A stretch of 64,000 nucleotides of DNA from Andalucia godoyi And28 (lineage: Eukaryota; Protista; Jakobida): contig VRVR01000050.1 in the NCBI GenBank assembly GCA_009859145.1, positions 62,001 through 126,000 on the forward strand, written 5' to 3'. Shown piece after piece: positions 9,586 through 20,369 of this stretch. The notes below the pieces were generated by a model, which had not been told where the DNA came from, did not search any database, and was given only the letters and a program-made list of their open reading frames with translations. Each line of letters begins with the position of its first letter. Positions within the stretch are counted from its first letter, which is position 1. A program made the position numbers and the translations under genes.

Positions 9586-11251
9586 TTCCCGCATCAGCTG
9601 GTAGTATTTGAGATTGCTGCACGGGTTGTCGATTTCGGCGTTTCGTTTTTTGCACGACTTGGTGCTGCAAGTTGTCCAAAGTCGCAAGCGCGATCGTTTC
9701 GTACACGCGGGCATAGAGTTCATCGTTCGTTCTCATGTTGTGTACTTCGTCGGCGAGTTTCAGCCGCTTGAGGAGTTTCTGATGGAGATCCTCGTCGTCG
9801 GTGGACACCAGGATGGACACGACGGATTTTGTGATTTCTTCCAGCTTCCCACCTTCTTCTGACATCCGTTCGCTCCTAAGATTTCTGTCGTCAAACTCGG
9901 TGAAGAACCCAAGGTTCGCGACGATGAGTCTAGACTCGGAAATCCCGGTTGTCTCTTTTCCTTTTCCTCCTCCTTCTCCTTGTTCTCCTCCTTCTCCTTG
10001 CTCTCCTCTATTCCCCATTCTTTCTTCGTCTTCTTGAAGAATTTCTTCTCGTAAATGTGACTGCAAGAACGCCCACAATTCGCATATGCATTCTCGTGCA
10101 GAATACATACCGTCTAACAAATGCCCTTCGTCTTCTTCGTGAAATACTGCAAACGATTCGAAACGGAAATCGAGACCTACGAGCAGCCGACGTTGTTTCC
10201 ACGGATTTCTGGCTCGAGGCAAAGTGCTTTTGAAACTGAAATCGATGGTTTCACAAATCTCACGATCGCCGACTGCCCTTCCGGGTGCAAATTCTGGCGG
10301 TTGCAGGTCTAGCGACCTCCACAGCCGAGCCGACGGGCCGGCTTCGAAAACATGATGATGCAGCACACTGGCCACTCTGTCTTGATCGACTCGCAGTCTG
10401 CAACCGTTACATGTCAGCAAGAGGCTGACTTCCATGGAGTTTCGATCAGCAGTGTTATCATCCTTGATCGCGCACATCGAAAGTCCCACTGTGCACTGCT
10501 GGGGGCCATGAGACACTGTGTCAACGAAACCTTGGCTTTGTGCGAGCCATACACAGACTCTAAAGTCTTGCGTGAAATCCAGTCTGTCCCAGAGAATCGT
10601 CTCTTCTCCCTCGGAAGGTTCCCAAGCAGAAGCAGTAGAGATCCATGTCCATTCGTTCAGATGAGGAATGACCGACATGTCTTCGGCGAGCACGAATCGA
10701 AACATGGAGGGTTCGGCCACGAATTTCGTTCGAATCTGGCTTGTCAAGCCCAAGTTCAGTAAATTCGCGAACAGGGCCGAGGATTCTCGAGCGGACGACA
10801 ACAAGCATGGAGCACGTTCGCTTGGAAACATAAACGCCACTCGAAACCAATCCTGGTTTTCAGTCTTTTGGGAAATCGGTGAATAAGCTTGCGGGCTACT
10901 TCTGTACACAGCAAGCGACGAGTCGACCCCGATCACATCCGCCTGTTGACATGCCAGAAGATCGAGTAAATGCTGAGTCTGTGATCGCGCAAAGTACTCG
11001 GAAATCTCTTCGCACAGCAAGAAGCAGTCATCGAAAATCGCAGCCAGCGCCTCTTCTTCTTCTTCTTCTTGTTCGGAAGCGCCAAAGTAGATCAGAGTGC
11101 AGACGAGGTGCACTTCACAGCAGCAGCTCCCTTGCGTTTCCGAGCACGAAAACGACACCTCGAAATCGTCTATGCTGGAAAACGTCTGCAGTATCCGAAA
11201 GCGCTGCGAATGCCGCAAAAACGCAACTGTTTGATGAACGATCTTTGACAT
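9467..11251 (-). CDS. Hypothetical protein, possibly TopoVIB-like (MTOPVIB/TOP6BL)
   Basis: Long ORF from ATG 11251. C-terminal EEITKSVVSILVSTDDEDLHQKLLKRL resembles the transducer helix of plant MTOPVIB (LARSIAGLISSSTDLDFQ). The reading frame is well supported; the family call is weak. Confidence 0.4.
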   Translation of the reverse strand: MSKIVHQTVAFLRHSQRFRILQTFSSIDDFEVSFSCSETQGSCCCEVHLVCTLIYFGASEQEEEEEEALAAIFDDCFLLCEEISEYFARSQTQHLLDLLACQQADVIGVDSSLAVYRSSPQAYSPISQKTENQDWFRVAFMFPSERAPCLLSSARESSALFANLLNLGLTSQIRTKFVAEPSMFRFVLAEDMSVIPHLNEWTWISTASAWEPSEGEETILWDRLDFTQDFRVCVWLAQSQGFVDTVSHGPQQCTVGLSMCAIKDDNTADRNSMEVSLLLTCNGCRLRVDQDRVASVLHHHVFEAGPSARLWRSLDLQPPEFAPGRAVGDREICETIDFSFKSTLPRARNPWKQRRLLVGLDFRFESFAVFHEEDEGHLLDGMYSARECICELWAFLQSHLREEILQEDEERMGNRGEQGEGGEQGEGGGKGKETTGISESRLIVANLGFFTEFDDRNLRSERMSEEGGKLEEITKSVVSILVSTDDEDLHQKLLKRLKLADEVHNMRTNDELYARVYETIALATLDNLQHQVVQKTKRRNRQPVQQSQILPADAGIIEIRPAYTEELPKDCPNLSIEPATDEPLSTAVEKCHLG

Positions 11252-11751
11252 CGGAATGTTAGACAATGGAAAAACACAAAACACGTCCTGTTACTAGCTC
11301 AGAATTGCGCTGTAGTATGCGCACAACGACATACATTGTACAGAATCGCATCCATTTTTTGATACCGAGGGATTGCAGTCTGGACCCGCACGTGCGTAAT
11401 CGACAACAAAAATATGATTCTGAGAAAGCAGTCAAAAGAAGAAAAGAAGAAAAGGGGAAAGGGGGAAAAGGGGAAAGGGGGAAAAAGAGGAAAATCAAAT
11501 GTGCACTCTTCTCTGCGGTGGAGACACGACTTTTTGTGAAAATCGGATAATTTAGTCGGGCATTTATCCAGAAAAGAGCCCTCAACACCACTCGATTAAT
11601 GGACTGTGGGGAAAAGTGTCCGTTGATAAACAGGACAAGTTTTTATTAGTTGTACATAGGAAGAGGAAGAGACAAACGGAAAGACAGGGAGAGAGGGAGA
11701 CAGGAGAGAAACGGAGAGAGAGAGAGAGAGAAATACAAAGAAACAGGAGGC

Positions 11752-13566
11752 ATGGCACCGCAATCATTACCAGTGTTTGAATCGATTAGTGATTTGTTTT
11801 CAGTCCGATTTGATGGATTGGAAGGCATCTTGAGGCAGATGCTGGGAGCGTTGCACTCGCACGAGTCTCGGATTGCGAATCTGGAAGGAAAGCAGTCTGT
11901 TCTGCTGGACACTGTGTCTGGACTCAAAGAAGATGTTGTGAAGGTGCATGAGATTCAAGAGACTGTCGCAAGCAAAGTGTCGACGTTGGACAACCAGGTC
12001 TCTGCAGTCCAGACGACAGTTCACAAGATCGACTCGAGTGTTGCACAAGTGCAAAACTCGGTCCAGGAAGCTGAGAAAGAACGGGTGATTTCGCGGGAGT
12101 CGTCGTTTACGTCTGTGAAAGCCGCAGGAGAGTTGGAGTCAAAGCTTGCGGTCATTCAATCGTCAATCGACCTCGATATCAAAGCGCTTCAATCCAAAGT
12201 TGCAGAGATGGAATCACGAGTGCACAAGACGGAGGCATCCGCATTTCAAGAGCAGAATGTGGTCCAAGACACGCTGCTGGATTTGTCAAGCCGCGTGGAA
12301 ACAGATGTATCGAGTCTGAAAGCCAAGCTGGATGAATTGGTGTCGTCACAAAAGAAAATGCAAAGCGACGTATCGACAAGGAACGTGGACATGCGGGATG
12401 CAGTGCTGAAAACGAATGAATCGCTAGAGTATCTGTACAGAGCTTTGGACGTTGAAAAAGATCAGTTGGCACAAGCTGTAGAATCAAGGGTGAATATGTT
12501 TGATCATTTCTGGGCTCGGAAGGGTCCTTTTCGAGTGTTGTTTCAAAAGGTGATGGAAAAGGCAGACATGGATGACATCCATCCGTTGCGAAGGCTGGCT
12601 TCCGAGACCCATTCCCGATGTGATGCACTGGAGCGCGAGTTGTTGAAGCGAGTTTTGAAGTCGGATTTGCAGGACTACCAGGCACTCACGGACAGTCTGA
12701 ACCTGCAGCTTGAATCGGTTCGGAATGCTGTGGCGAAAGCCGAACAATATGCAAGAGAGACTCTGTGGGAATCATTAGAGTCTGTCAAAGAAGACATGCA
12801 GAAGAAGGCCGGGACGGAGGATTTTGGAAAAATGCGTTTTGAAGCGATGGCGAATCATGAGGCCTTGGCCATGCGCGTTGATACGCTCGTTTCTCGCTCT
12901 GCCAGCATCGACGACAAACTCAATCGCTTGAGGGTCTTCAGTGAAGATCTGCTGTCTGCAAAGTCGGATCGAATGGAAGTGGAGCAACTTGCTCAACAGC
13001 TGAATGCAATGGCTGCAATGCAGGTGGATAAGGACGTTGATAATGCATCGTCCTTGCGAACGAAATGCTTGGCTTGCGGTCGGCCGGCACCAGGCTTCGT
13101 GGATCCGTTTCTTGACACTCCATCTTCTAATCAGAAGACCGTGTTTCCACCGGGTCGCACGACAGCTACGATGGCGTCGCCGAGATCCAGTATTGGATCT
13201 GTGCAAGCTGCCTTCGGACACCACGACAATGCGCCTACCCTGGCCACAGACTCGGGGACTTCTCGGCTGGAAACGTACTATCAGTGGATTGAGTCTTCCG
13301 TTGTACCGAAGGACGAGAGGAGCATGAGTGTCAATGATCGGGCGATTGCACTGCCTGCAAATGCGGCCGTGGGGTCCGATCACCGTATCTATAATGGGTT
13401 GAAGGAACGCATGTCTGCCGCCGCTGGATCTGTGTCGGGTTCCGTGATTCCGACACCACCGCCACCTCGTCCTTCTACTGCCGCAGCTCACAACAACAAC
13501 CGACCAGCTTCGACGCCACGAAGCAATACTGTTCCGCGAAACATTGTCCTGCCTGCAATTTCTTGA
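11752..13566 (+). CDS. Coiled-coil protein with a C-terminal CLACGRP motif (DUF4795/QRICH2/C16orf96-like)
   Basis: The sequence reads ATGGCACCGCAATCATTA at 11752 on the + strand and ends TCTTGA at 13566, so the track's minus label is wrong. Long heptad region followed by RTKCLACGRP. Confidence 0.75.
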   Translation: MAPQSLPVFESISDLFSVRFDGLEGILRQMLGALHSHESRIANLEGKQSVLLDTVSGLKEDVVKVHEIQETVASKVSTLDNQVSAVQTTVHKIDSSVAQVQNSVQEAEKERVISRESSFTSVKAAGELESKLAVIQSSIDLDIKALQSKVAEMESRVHKTEASAFQEQNVVQDTLLDLSSRVETDVSSLKAKLDELVSSQKKMQSDVSTRNVDMRDAVLKTNESLEYLYRALDVEKDQLAQAVESRVNMFDHFWARKGPFRVLFQKVMEKADMDDIHPLRRLASETHSRCDALERELLKRVLKSDLQDYQALTDSLNLQLESVRNAVAKAEQYARETLWESLESVKEDMQKKAGTEDFGKMRFEAMANHEALAMRVDTLVSRSASIDDKLNRLRVFSEDLLSAKSDRMEVEQLAQQLNAMAAMQVDKDVDNASSLRTKCLACGRPAPGFVDPFLDTPSSNQKTVFPPGRTTATMASPRSSIGSVQAAFGHHDNAPTLATDSGTSRLETYYQWIESSVVPKDERSMSVNDRAIALPANAAVGSDHRIYNGLKERMSAAAGSVSGSVIPTPPPPRPSTAAAHNNNRPASTPRSNTVPRNIVLPAIS

Positions 13567-13873
13567 ATGTCCTCTCAGTTTGGTTAACCCATGGATGCTC
13601 CTGCTGCACCCGCATATTTTCCCGATGTCCTGTTTTGTTTTGTTTTGCGTTGCGTTGCGTTGCGTGTGTCGAGTTGTTCTGTTGAACACTTTTTTTTGGG
13701 CCCTTGTGCACATGTGGTCTGTGTGTTTGAATATTATTACCAGTGATATGACGAGTGGTGTAAATATGAAGAGAGAAGAAAAGGAGAAGGAGTAAAAGAA
13801 AGTGGACGTGGTTGATGACATCCGTGTGATTGATGAAATGTACAGCACATGGGGGAGAGTATGGTAGATAGAA

Positions 13874-14630
13874 TTACATTTTGGTGTCACGAGCAGCGAC
13901 ATCCAACCAGCTGCCAGTGGTCGTCGACCCTGAATGGGATCGCTCAGACAAGCTGCGTTCTCGGTTTTGGATCTTTTCCTCGAGTTGGTCGACAAGCCTC
14001 TTCCGCTGCGTGGCTTCCGCTTCTTCACGGGCAACAATATCATCCTCGTCATCATCGCTCTCTTCAAACAGAGACCGTTGAGGAGACATGGAGCGAGATG
14101 GCCTAGACAGGGACTCCATCGATTCCACACGTTTGGGCAAGCCAATTTCGCTGAGATTTCTGGAAATTTCACCATGGGCCGGAGGTGGAGTGGACAACGC
14201 CCTATGCGAATCGGGTGCCTTCCCATCCGAAGACGGCGCATCTGCATCGGACCCAACAGAGACGGTAGCACCAGCCGCAGTCATACCGGCAGCCGAATTA
14301 ATGCTCTTTTGGATAAAATCCGCCAGTTTTCGTTCCAGAATAGCATTCATTCCACGTACATAATCATACTTTTCCTGCATCGAGCGAATGCGGTCAGCAG
14401 ATGCCTGCTTTTGCGACTCCAGCCGCTCTTTAAGCATGTCGATTTCCCGCTTTACATCTTCTGGTAGCGGAAACGAAGCATGAGACACTGTCGACAGTCC
14501 ATGAAGTGGACTCTGCGAGGAAGAAGACGCAGCAGACGACGCAGCAGACGAAGACGTAGATGACGAAGACGCTGAGGATGGTTGTTGAACCGAAAATGCT
14601 GAAGACTCGGAAACACATTGAGCAATGGGC

Positions 14631-14673
<43 letters not shown>

Positions 14674-17398
14674 GCTGCTGCTGCTGCGGCTGCGGCGGCT
14701 GTTGCAGTTGTAGATGATGAGGCGCTGGCTGGTGCTGATGCGGGTGATGCAAGGGCTGTGTGGAGTGGGCAACGGGATCCAGATGTTTCACGGATAGTTG
14801 TTTCGTCACGTAGCGAGGATGATGCACGGACAGATGCGACACACTTTGCAACGCGCTGACGACATTCGGATGGTACGTAACGACATCGTCCCACCACTTT
14901 TCCCAGACTCCCAACTCGTCATCCAGCAATCGATTCTTTTCTTCGAATTCTTTGGTCTTGGACAGCTTCGGCTGCGCTTCCGACCACAGCAATTTCATAT
15001 TATGAAGGGACGCCTGTTTTTCACCATGCTCACGCTGAAGCGATAAGATCTGTCTTTCTAAGCGAGATATTGTTTCTCGGAGATTCGCGTTTTCCACGGA
15101 CACCAATTCTCGTTCCCCCAACACCCGATCTACGGTATCTGTCCATTGCTGCTCCCACTGCATTCGTTGGGTTTGAGCCTCCCGCTCGGCACGGATTCGA
15201 GTCGCAAGATCCACACGCAGCTGCTTCAAATCATGGTGCTGTTGCGCGATACGTGTCAGCAGTTTCACTCGCTCACCTTCGCTGAGTTCCGATTGACGCT
15301 GAACTTCTCGCAGCTCTCGCTGGAACTCCTTTTGACGTCCGCGAAGCAAGCGTTCAAATAACAACTGGTGATGAAGAAACAGCAGTACGCGTCGCATTTC
15401 TGTTGGAACCGTTGAAGACGCCAAAATAATCCGTTCTGCACTGTCCACAAACCCCGAAAAGAATGAAGCTGTGCTGGCAGATTCTTCAAGACCCGCCGGC
15501 TCGGTCGACAACAACATTGTTTCAATCGCCGACTGCAAATTTTGCATTTCATCGAATACGCTATCGTACAATGCTGCAGAGTCGGTCTCGCCCTTTCGAT
15601 CTCCTTCAAGCCGCGCAGACGGAGTCGGTCTCGAAGTATTCCATGAAGCAACTGCAGACCGCACTGCCGATTCCTGCGCCAAATTCGTTAGATTCGACGA
15701 TTCTAACATGCTCCCAACTTCCCAACATTCTTCAAGGCAATGTAGACCAGACGCCAGAGGAACTCCCGTCACCGCAGCAACGGAGGATGATGGAACTGTA
15801 TTCTCGGTAGGATGCGCATGAGAAAGCAGCGCAAAAAACGTCTGAGTAGCCTTTCCAGTTCTCGAGATTGCAATTGCAGTGTCCAATTCAGTATCGTCTC
15901 GAGCGAAGAATGAGAAATCCAACACCATCGTTCGCAGCAGCGGACGTAAGACCTGCGCCAGAGAATCCAGGGTTTCGCGATCCTCGTTCCGTTGATGAAC
16001 CTCGAGTTCCCTTTGGATGCGACTAATGAAATTCGATGGGAAATGCGCGTATAGAAAATGGCCAAGAACCACAAACGCATGTCCGAGAGCGGCAAAGTAC
16101 ACTTCTCTCAGTTGCTGCATGAGAACAACAAACAAATCAAACAGTTCCAAAAATGTTTTCTGCGCCCCAAGCTTTGGGATGCAGCTGTGCAATGACAAGA
16201 CCACCGACCACATGATCATGGATTGTGCGTGCAACATGTCTGTGTCAGAGACGGGTTTCTGAATCAGTCCTGATCGGATCAGTGGCTCTTGCAATGCATT
16301 GACAGCGCCAAACGACCCCAGCGATGAACTGCCGGAAGATCCGAGCCGGACCAATCCAGAAGAAGACAATGCAGTCATGCTATATGCAGCAGCAGAGTTC
16401 TGGTCATGGGATGGCGAGCTTGGAGAATTACTCACCGGGATCAAATGTGCGGCAGCAACCGCCACAGTCCTAATGATCTCTCCAAACCTTCTGTGGGACA
16501 CCCAAACGTCCGAATCGAGGCTTTCGGAATGCAATGCCAGAAATATGATTTCTGAGCACGCAAACCAGCAACGTGGCTCCTTTAAGAAATGGTTCATGGA
16601 CGACACGAACTCCACTGGCTGCAGCTTCGCAAACCGCAGAAGAACCATTCGCGTCACCACCGAAGGTGAAACGCAGAACTTTGTAATCAAATGCGCTTGG
16701 AAAGGCCGTGAATACAGCAACAGCATAGGTAGTGCATCCAGCAAATCCGCGAGCAGTCGAGAATCCACTAGCACTTTCTTTGTATCATTTGTCTGCAAAG
16801 GAAACAAAACTGGGTCGAATAATAAATACAGCGGTGCGCCATGATGATCTTCAGCGAACACCTGCGGCCCCACACGAAGCATGCATTTCGTGATGTACAG
16901 CACTACCGTCATTGCCTGTCTCATATCTCTGTTGCTCTCCACGTCTGTCTGCGACCTGGCACCACAACGTACTCCAGAACCACTCGCACTGCTGCTACTC
17001 ACACCTGCATTCGTGGCGGTGGCAGCGGTTGTAGAATTCGAAGAGTTGCTGTTGTGAAGGTTCAGCGGTGGAGAAGAAGGTGACGAAGATGACGATGCCG
17101 ATGGGGATGCTGACGATGAGGAAGACGAGAAAGAGGAGGAGGAGGAGGATTCGACAGATGACGTCGATGAACTTGAGGAAGACGAGGAGGAAGAGGACGA
17201 TGGAGGAAGTACAGCTTGATCATCAGAATGCTTGGTTGTAAAAGACTGGAGTGGGGGAGAAAGAGACGAATAGTCGAGAGAAGTAAATAAGTCGTGAAGA
17301 AGCTTTCGAACCGAGTCTGGAGTTGCCAGTTTTCGAATTTCATCCAGAAGGGACTCGTCTGGAATCCCACGTTTGCAGGACAAGACAATGCTTTCCAT
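13874..17398 (-). CDS. TSC1: Hamartin/TSC1-like protein
   Basis: SVVLSLHSCIPKLGAQKTFLELFDLFVVL, HFLYAHFPSNFISRI (cf. LYGMYPCNFVSFL) and LHHQLLFERLLR (cf. LHNQLLYERFKR), followed by a coiled coil; ATG at 17398. Confidence 0.75.
14632..14702. repeat. (TTG)n/(CTG)n microsatellite encoding polyQ in TSC1
   Basis: Directly visible trinucleotide run. Confidence 0.9.
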
Positions 17399-17638
17399 GT
17401 GACCTGACTGGCTATGAAGAATCTTTTCTTTTTCCGGATGCAAAGAGTCGTTTTTCCGACAAGGAAGCTTTCAAAAAGAAGAATGCGCCCTTCCGCGCCA
17501 AATCCAGTGCCTCCCCAGTCGCAGACAGCGCCTGTAATTGAAATAATAATAAAAACACCGACTAGGCTTTTTTTTTCCCGGTCCTTGGAACTCTGGAAAG
17601 CATCTTCTACGAGTCGAAGCAGGAGGCATTCATCTCCC

Positions 17639-17710
17639 GGGTGATTAGTTCAGTGGTAGAATTCTCCGTTTGGGTCGGAGAGGTCGCGCGTTCAAACCGC
17701 GCATCACCCC
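17639..17710 (+). tRNA. trnP-UGG: tRNA-Pro(UGG)
   Basis: Cloverleaf: acceptor GGGTGAT/ATCACCC; D-arm GTTC-AGTGGTA-GAAT; anticodon stem CTCCG/CGGAG with loop TTTGGGT; T-arm GCGCG-TTCAAAC-CGCGC; discriminator C; T-run terminator follows. Confidence 0.95.
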
Positions 17711-18037
17711 TTGATTCCTTTTTTTATTTAATTGAATTTTTTTTTTTAAAGATTCTCGTGTCTCCAAGTCTCCCCCCAACCGTCACGAAACCGAATTCTG
17801 TTTCCAATCGAAGCATTTTTCCTTTTGCTGTCTGTGTTTAATCGTTTTTCTTTTTGTGCACCTTTTCATTTTACTTTGCTTTATCTTTTTTTTTTCCTTT
17901 TCTTCTTGTATCGCACGAGGGCTTTTTGGATTGCGATTCTGCTATTGTTTTTGTTTTTGCTTTGTCTTTGTTCTTCTTTGGAAGGGTTTATTAGAACTGA
18001 CTGTCGAGGGAGGGGGAAAAAACGTCAAGTAAGGAAA

Positions 18038-19297
18038 ATGCTATTAGACGTTATCGAGTCCGCGTCATCACACCGACGATCGTCTTCGTTTTCTAAAGTG
18101 TCGAATCGGGTTGACGATATTCCGGGTGCGCATCCGTGCACCACAGCCGAGTCTCGGTATATTTATATGAAAATGCGGCCTGCATCAACCGCTCGGTGCG
18201 ACGATATCAATGGTGCGGCGCCTGCATCGCTTTCGTACTCGACGAGTTTCTTTGGAGGAGGAAGTAGTGATAGCAGTAGCAGCAACAACATCAACAGCAG
18301 CAACAGTAGTAGTAGGCATATTGGAGGCACTGCAATAGGGAATGGATGGAAGGCCGAAGAACGAACCCGCAACTTGTCAAACGATGATATTCCGTTTTCG
18401 AAGCCTCGAAAGTCTGTGGGGTTCGTCACAACTCGGTGCACTGATCCACTGTCGCCAGCGTACTCGCTGCCTACTGTGTCGATCTCAAAAAATTACACGT
18501 TTGATGCAAGTGCGACTCAGATTGGAAGTGCGTGTCAGACTGTTGATGAGCATCGCTTGAAAATGAAGACGCGCGACGTAATGTCAATTTCGGACATTGC
18601 GGGAACTCGGCCAGCTCCATTGTACAGATTCCCACAGAGAAAGACGTCGATGGATATCTCAGATCTGGAGGGTGCGCGACCCAGACATGCGCCAGAAAGG
18701 ACTGGCCATGTCGACCCGATTCTGAATGTGAAGGATATCAATGGAGATGGGCTCTTCAAGAGCAGCCGAGTTGCGGATCCGCTGAGTCCACGGTACCGAT
18801 ATGACGTGGTGGAAGCCGCAGGAGGTTCGAAGGCTCCTGGATATTCCATTGTTGCATCGTCCGTTGTGCGCAGCGGGGAGGATGGTGAGTTCATAGGAAA
18901 GGTCGACGGAAGCCATTCGAGAGTTTTGCACAAGGCTCGTGCGCGTGGGCCGATTGACAATTCACTTCAGACAAGAGATCTTGGAGAATCGGCGTCGCCG
19001 TCGCGTGGCCACAGGGTGTTTCCGCCTGCGGATGCTCGTAGACAGATTAGAAATACAAACCATGTGGCAGACATCGAGGGCACTGCAATCCGCGAACGAG
19101 CTACTACCTTTGCGCATGCTTCGCATCGACATGCAAATCCGCTGGCTCCCGTGTACGGAAGAGCCGAGACTGATGATTTTGCAGTCAAGTCTCGCTCTGC
19201 AGAATGGGCCTCCAAGAGAAGAGAACCGCTGTTTGTGTACGGACAGATCGAAAATTCCACGCAGGAAATCTCTGCCGTCAAGAATCTTCCAAAGTGA
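18038..19297 (+). CDS. Protist repeat protein with D-I-x-G-[AT] and [DN]PL-x-P-x-Y repeats (probably ciliary/cytoskeletal)
   Basis: TDPLSPAY, SDIAGTRP, SDLEGARP, KDING, ADPLSPRY, ADIEGT, ANPLAPVY; ATG at 18038. Confidence 0.7.
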   Translation: MLLDVIESASSHRRSSSFSKVSNRVDDIPGAHPCTTAESRYIYMKMRPASTARCDDINGAAPASLSYSTSFFGGGSSDSSSSNNINSSNSSSRHIGGTAIGNGWKAEERTRNLSNDDIPFSKPRKSVGFVTTRCTDPLSPAYSLPTVSISKNYTFDASATQIGSACQTVDEHRLKMKTRDVMSISDIAGTRPAPLYRFPQRKTSMDISDLEGARPRHAPERTGHVDPILNVKDINGDGLFKSSRVADPLSPRYRYDVVEAAGGSKAPGYSIVASSVVRSGEDGEFIGKVDGSHSRVLHKARARGPIDNSLQTRDLGESASPSRGHRVFPPADARRQIRNTNHVADIEGTAIRERATTFAHASHRHANPLAPVYGRAETDDFAVKSRSAEWASKRREPLFVYGQIENSTQEISAVKNLPK

Positions 19298-19395
19298 CGC
19301 TTCGTGTTTGGAAGGACTTTGTAACAAGAAGAAGAAGAAGAGGAGGAGGAGGAGGAGGAAAGTAAATATTAGTATGAGGAAGTACACTGTTCCGA

Positions 19396-19431
<36 letters not shown>

Positions 19432-19454
19432 CAGACTAAACGTGCTTTTGTCGT

Positions 19455-20033
19455 TTATTGAACAGGGATGGACTTTTGAGAAGCAGAGGCACGCTTTTCA
19501 ATGGTGATGCGCACGACTCCGTTCTTGAATTCTGCGTGAATCTTATCAGGGTCTGCAGACTGGGGAAGTGCCACCTGGCGAGATAGCTGCCCTTCTACGC
19601 GTTCACGAACGTGCCACACGTGCCCGGACGACCTTTCTTTTCCGTCCTTCGCGTCCTTCGCATCCTTGGAAGATCCGTTTCTGGGCTCCGTGGACTCGAG
19701 TTGTTGCTCGATTTTCGCAGTGATGGAAAGGACGTTGCGGTCGTCGACGGAAACACTGATGTTTTCCTTGGACGTTCCCGGCAGATCCGCAACGACCGTC
19801 AGTGCCTTGTCGGTCTCCACAACATCCACAGGAATCGTCATGTTCAAACTCGGCATAAGCCTGGAAAACGACGATGAAAAAGGAGATAAAGCATCCGAAA
19901 AGATAGAATCGAACAAATTGCGGCCGCCACCGCCGTTCGTCATCGGAAACAAGGATCCGCTGTTCCGAAACAGATCGACAGCGGTCGGCGCTGCTCGCGC
20001 ACGCATCTGAAACAGATTCGGTCGGAAAAGCAT
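19455..20033 (-). CDS. Small heat-shock protein (HSP20), likely mitochondrial
   Basis: Alpha-crystallin domain VDVVET...ADLPG...ERVEGQLSRQVALP...AEFKNGVVRITIEK; Arg-rich, acid-free N-terminus MLFRPNLFQMRARAA. Confidence 0.92.
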   Translation of the reverse strand: MLFRPNLFQMRARAAPTAVDLFRNSGSLFPMTNGGGGRNLFDSIFSDALSPFSSSFSRLMPSLNMTIPVDVVETDKALTVVADLPGTSKENISVSVDDRNVLSITAKIEQQLESTEPRNGSSKDAKDAKDGKERSSGHVWHVRERVEGQLSRQVALPQSADPDKIHAEFKNGVVRITIEKRASASQKSIPVQ

Positions 20034-20369
20034 CGTGCTCTTGGACAATCCACAATCGATGAAACTGAAATCAGTACGAAGAATAATAATTATTATTATT
20101 ATTATTTTTATATTGTTCTAGAAGGAAGATCACTGGCATTCAAGATTTAAAAGAAAACAGTCGAACGATAGCGGGTGTTTTGATACGTCAGATGTGCATG
20201 CAATTGACGTCACGACTTGAATTTCCGAATTTGGTGACAGTCCGGTTTTGTCCGCTCACACGAATCTCCCAAATTGGGAAGAGAGAGAAAAGACAGAGAA
20301 AGAATACAACAGTTGGAGAAAATTGTAATTGCCTGAGACCATTGTTTGCTTCGATGTTTCTGGACGGAT

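Noticed and set aside
11650-13566. ORF track labels this 638-aa ORF as minus strand
   Set aside because: The listed peptide is read directly from the + strand (TTGTACATAGGA... at 11650, TGA at 13564-13566), so it is annotated as +.
12775-14271. 498-aa minus-strand ORF and the many other antisense/shadow ORFs
   Set aside because: They overlap well-supported genes, cross low-complexity UTRs and show no family motifs.
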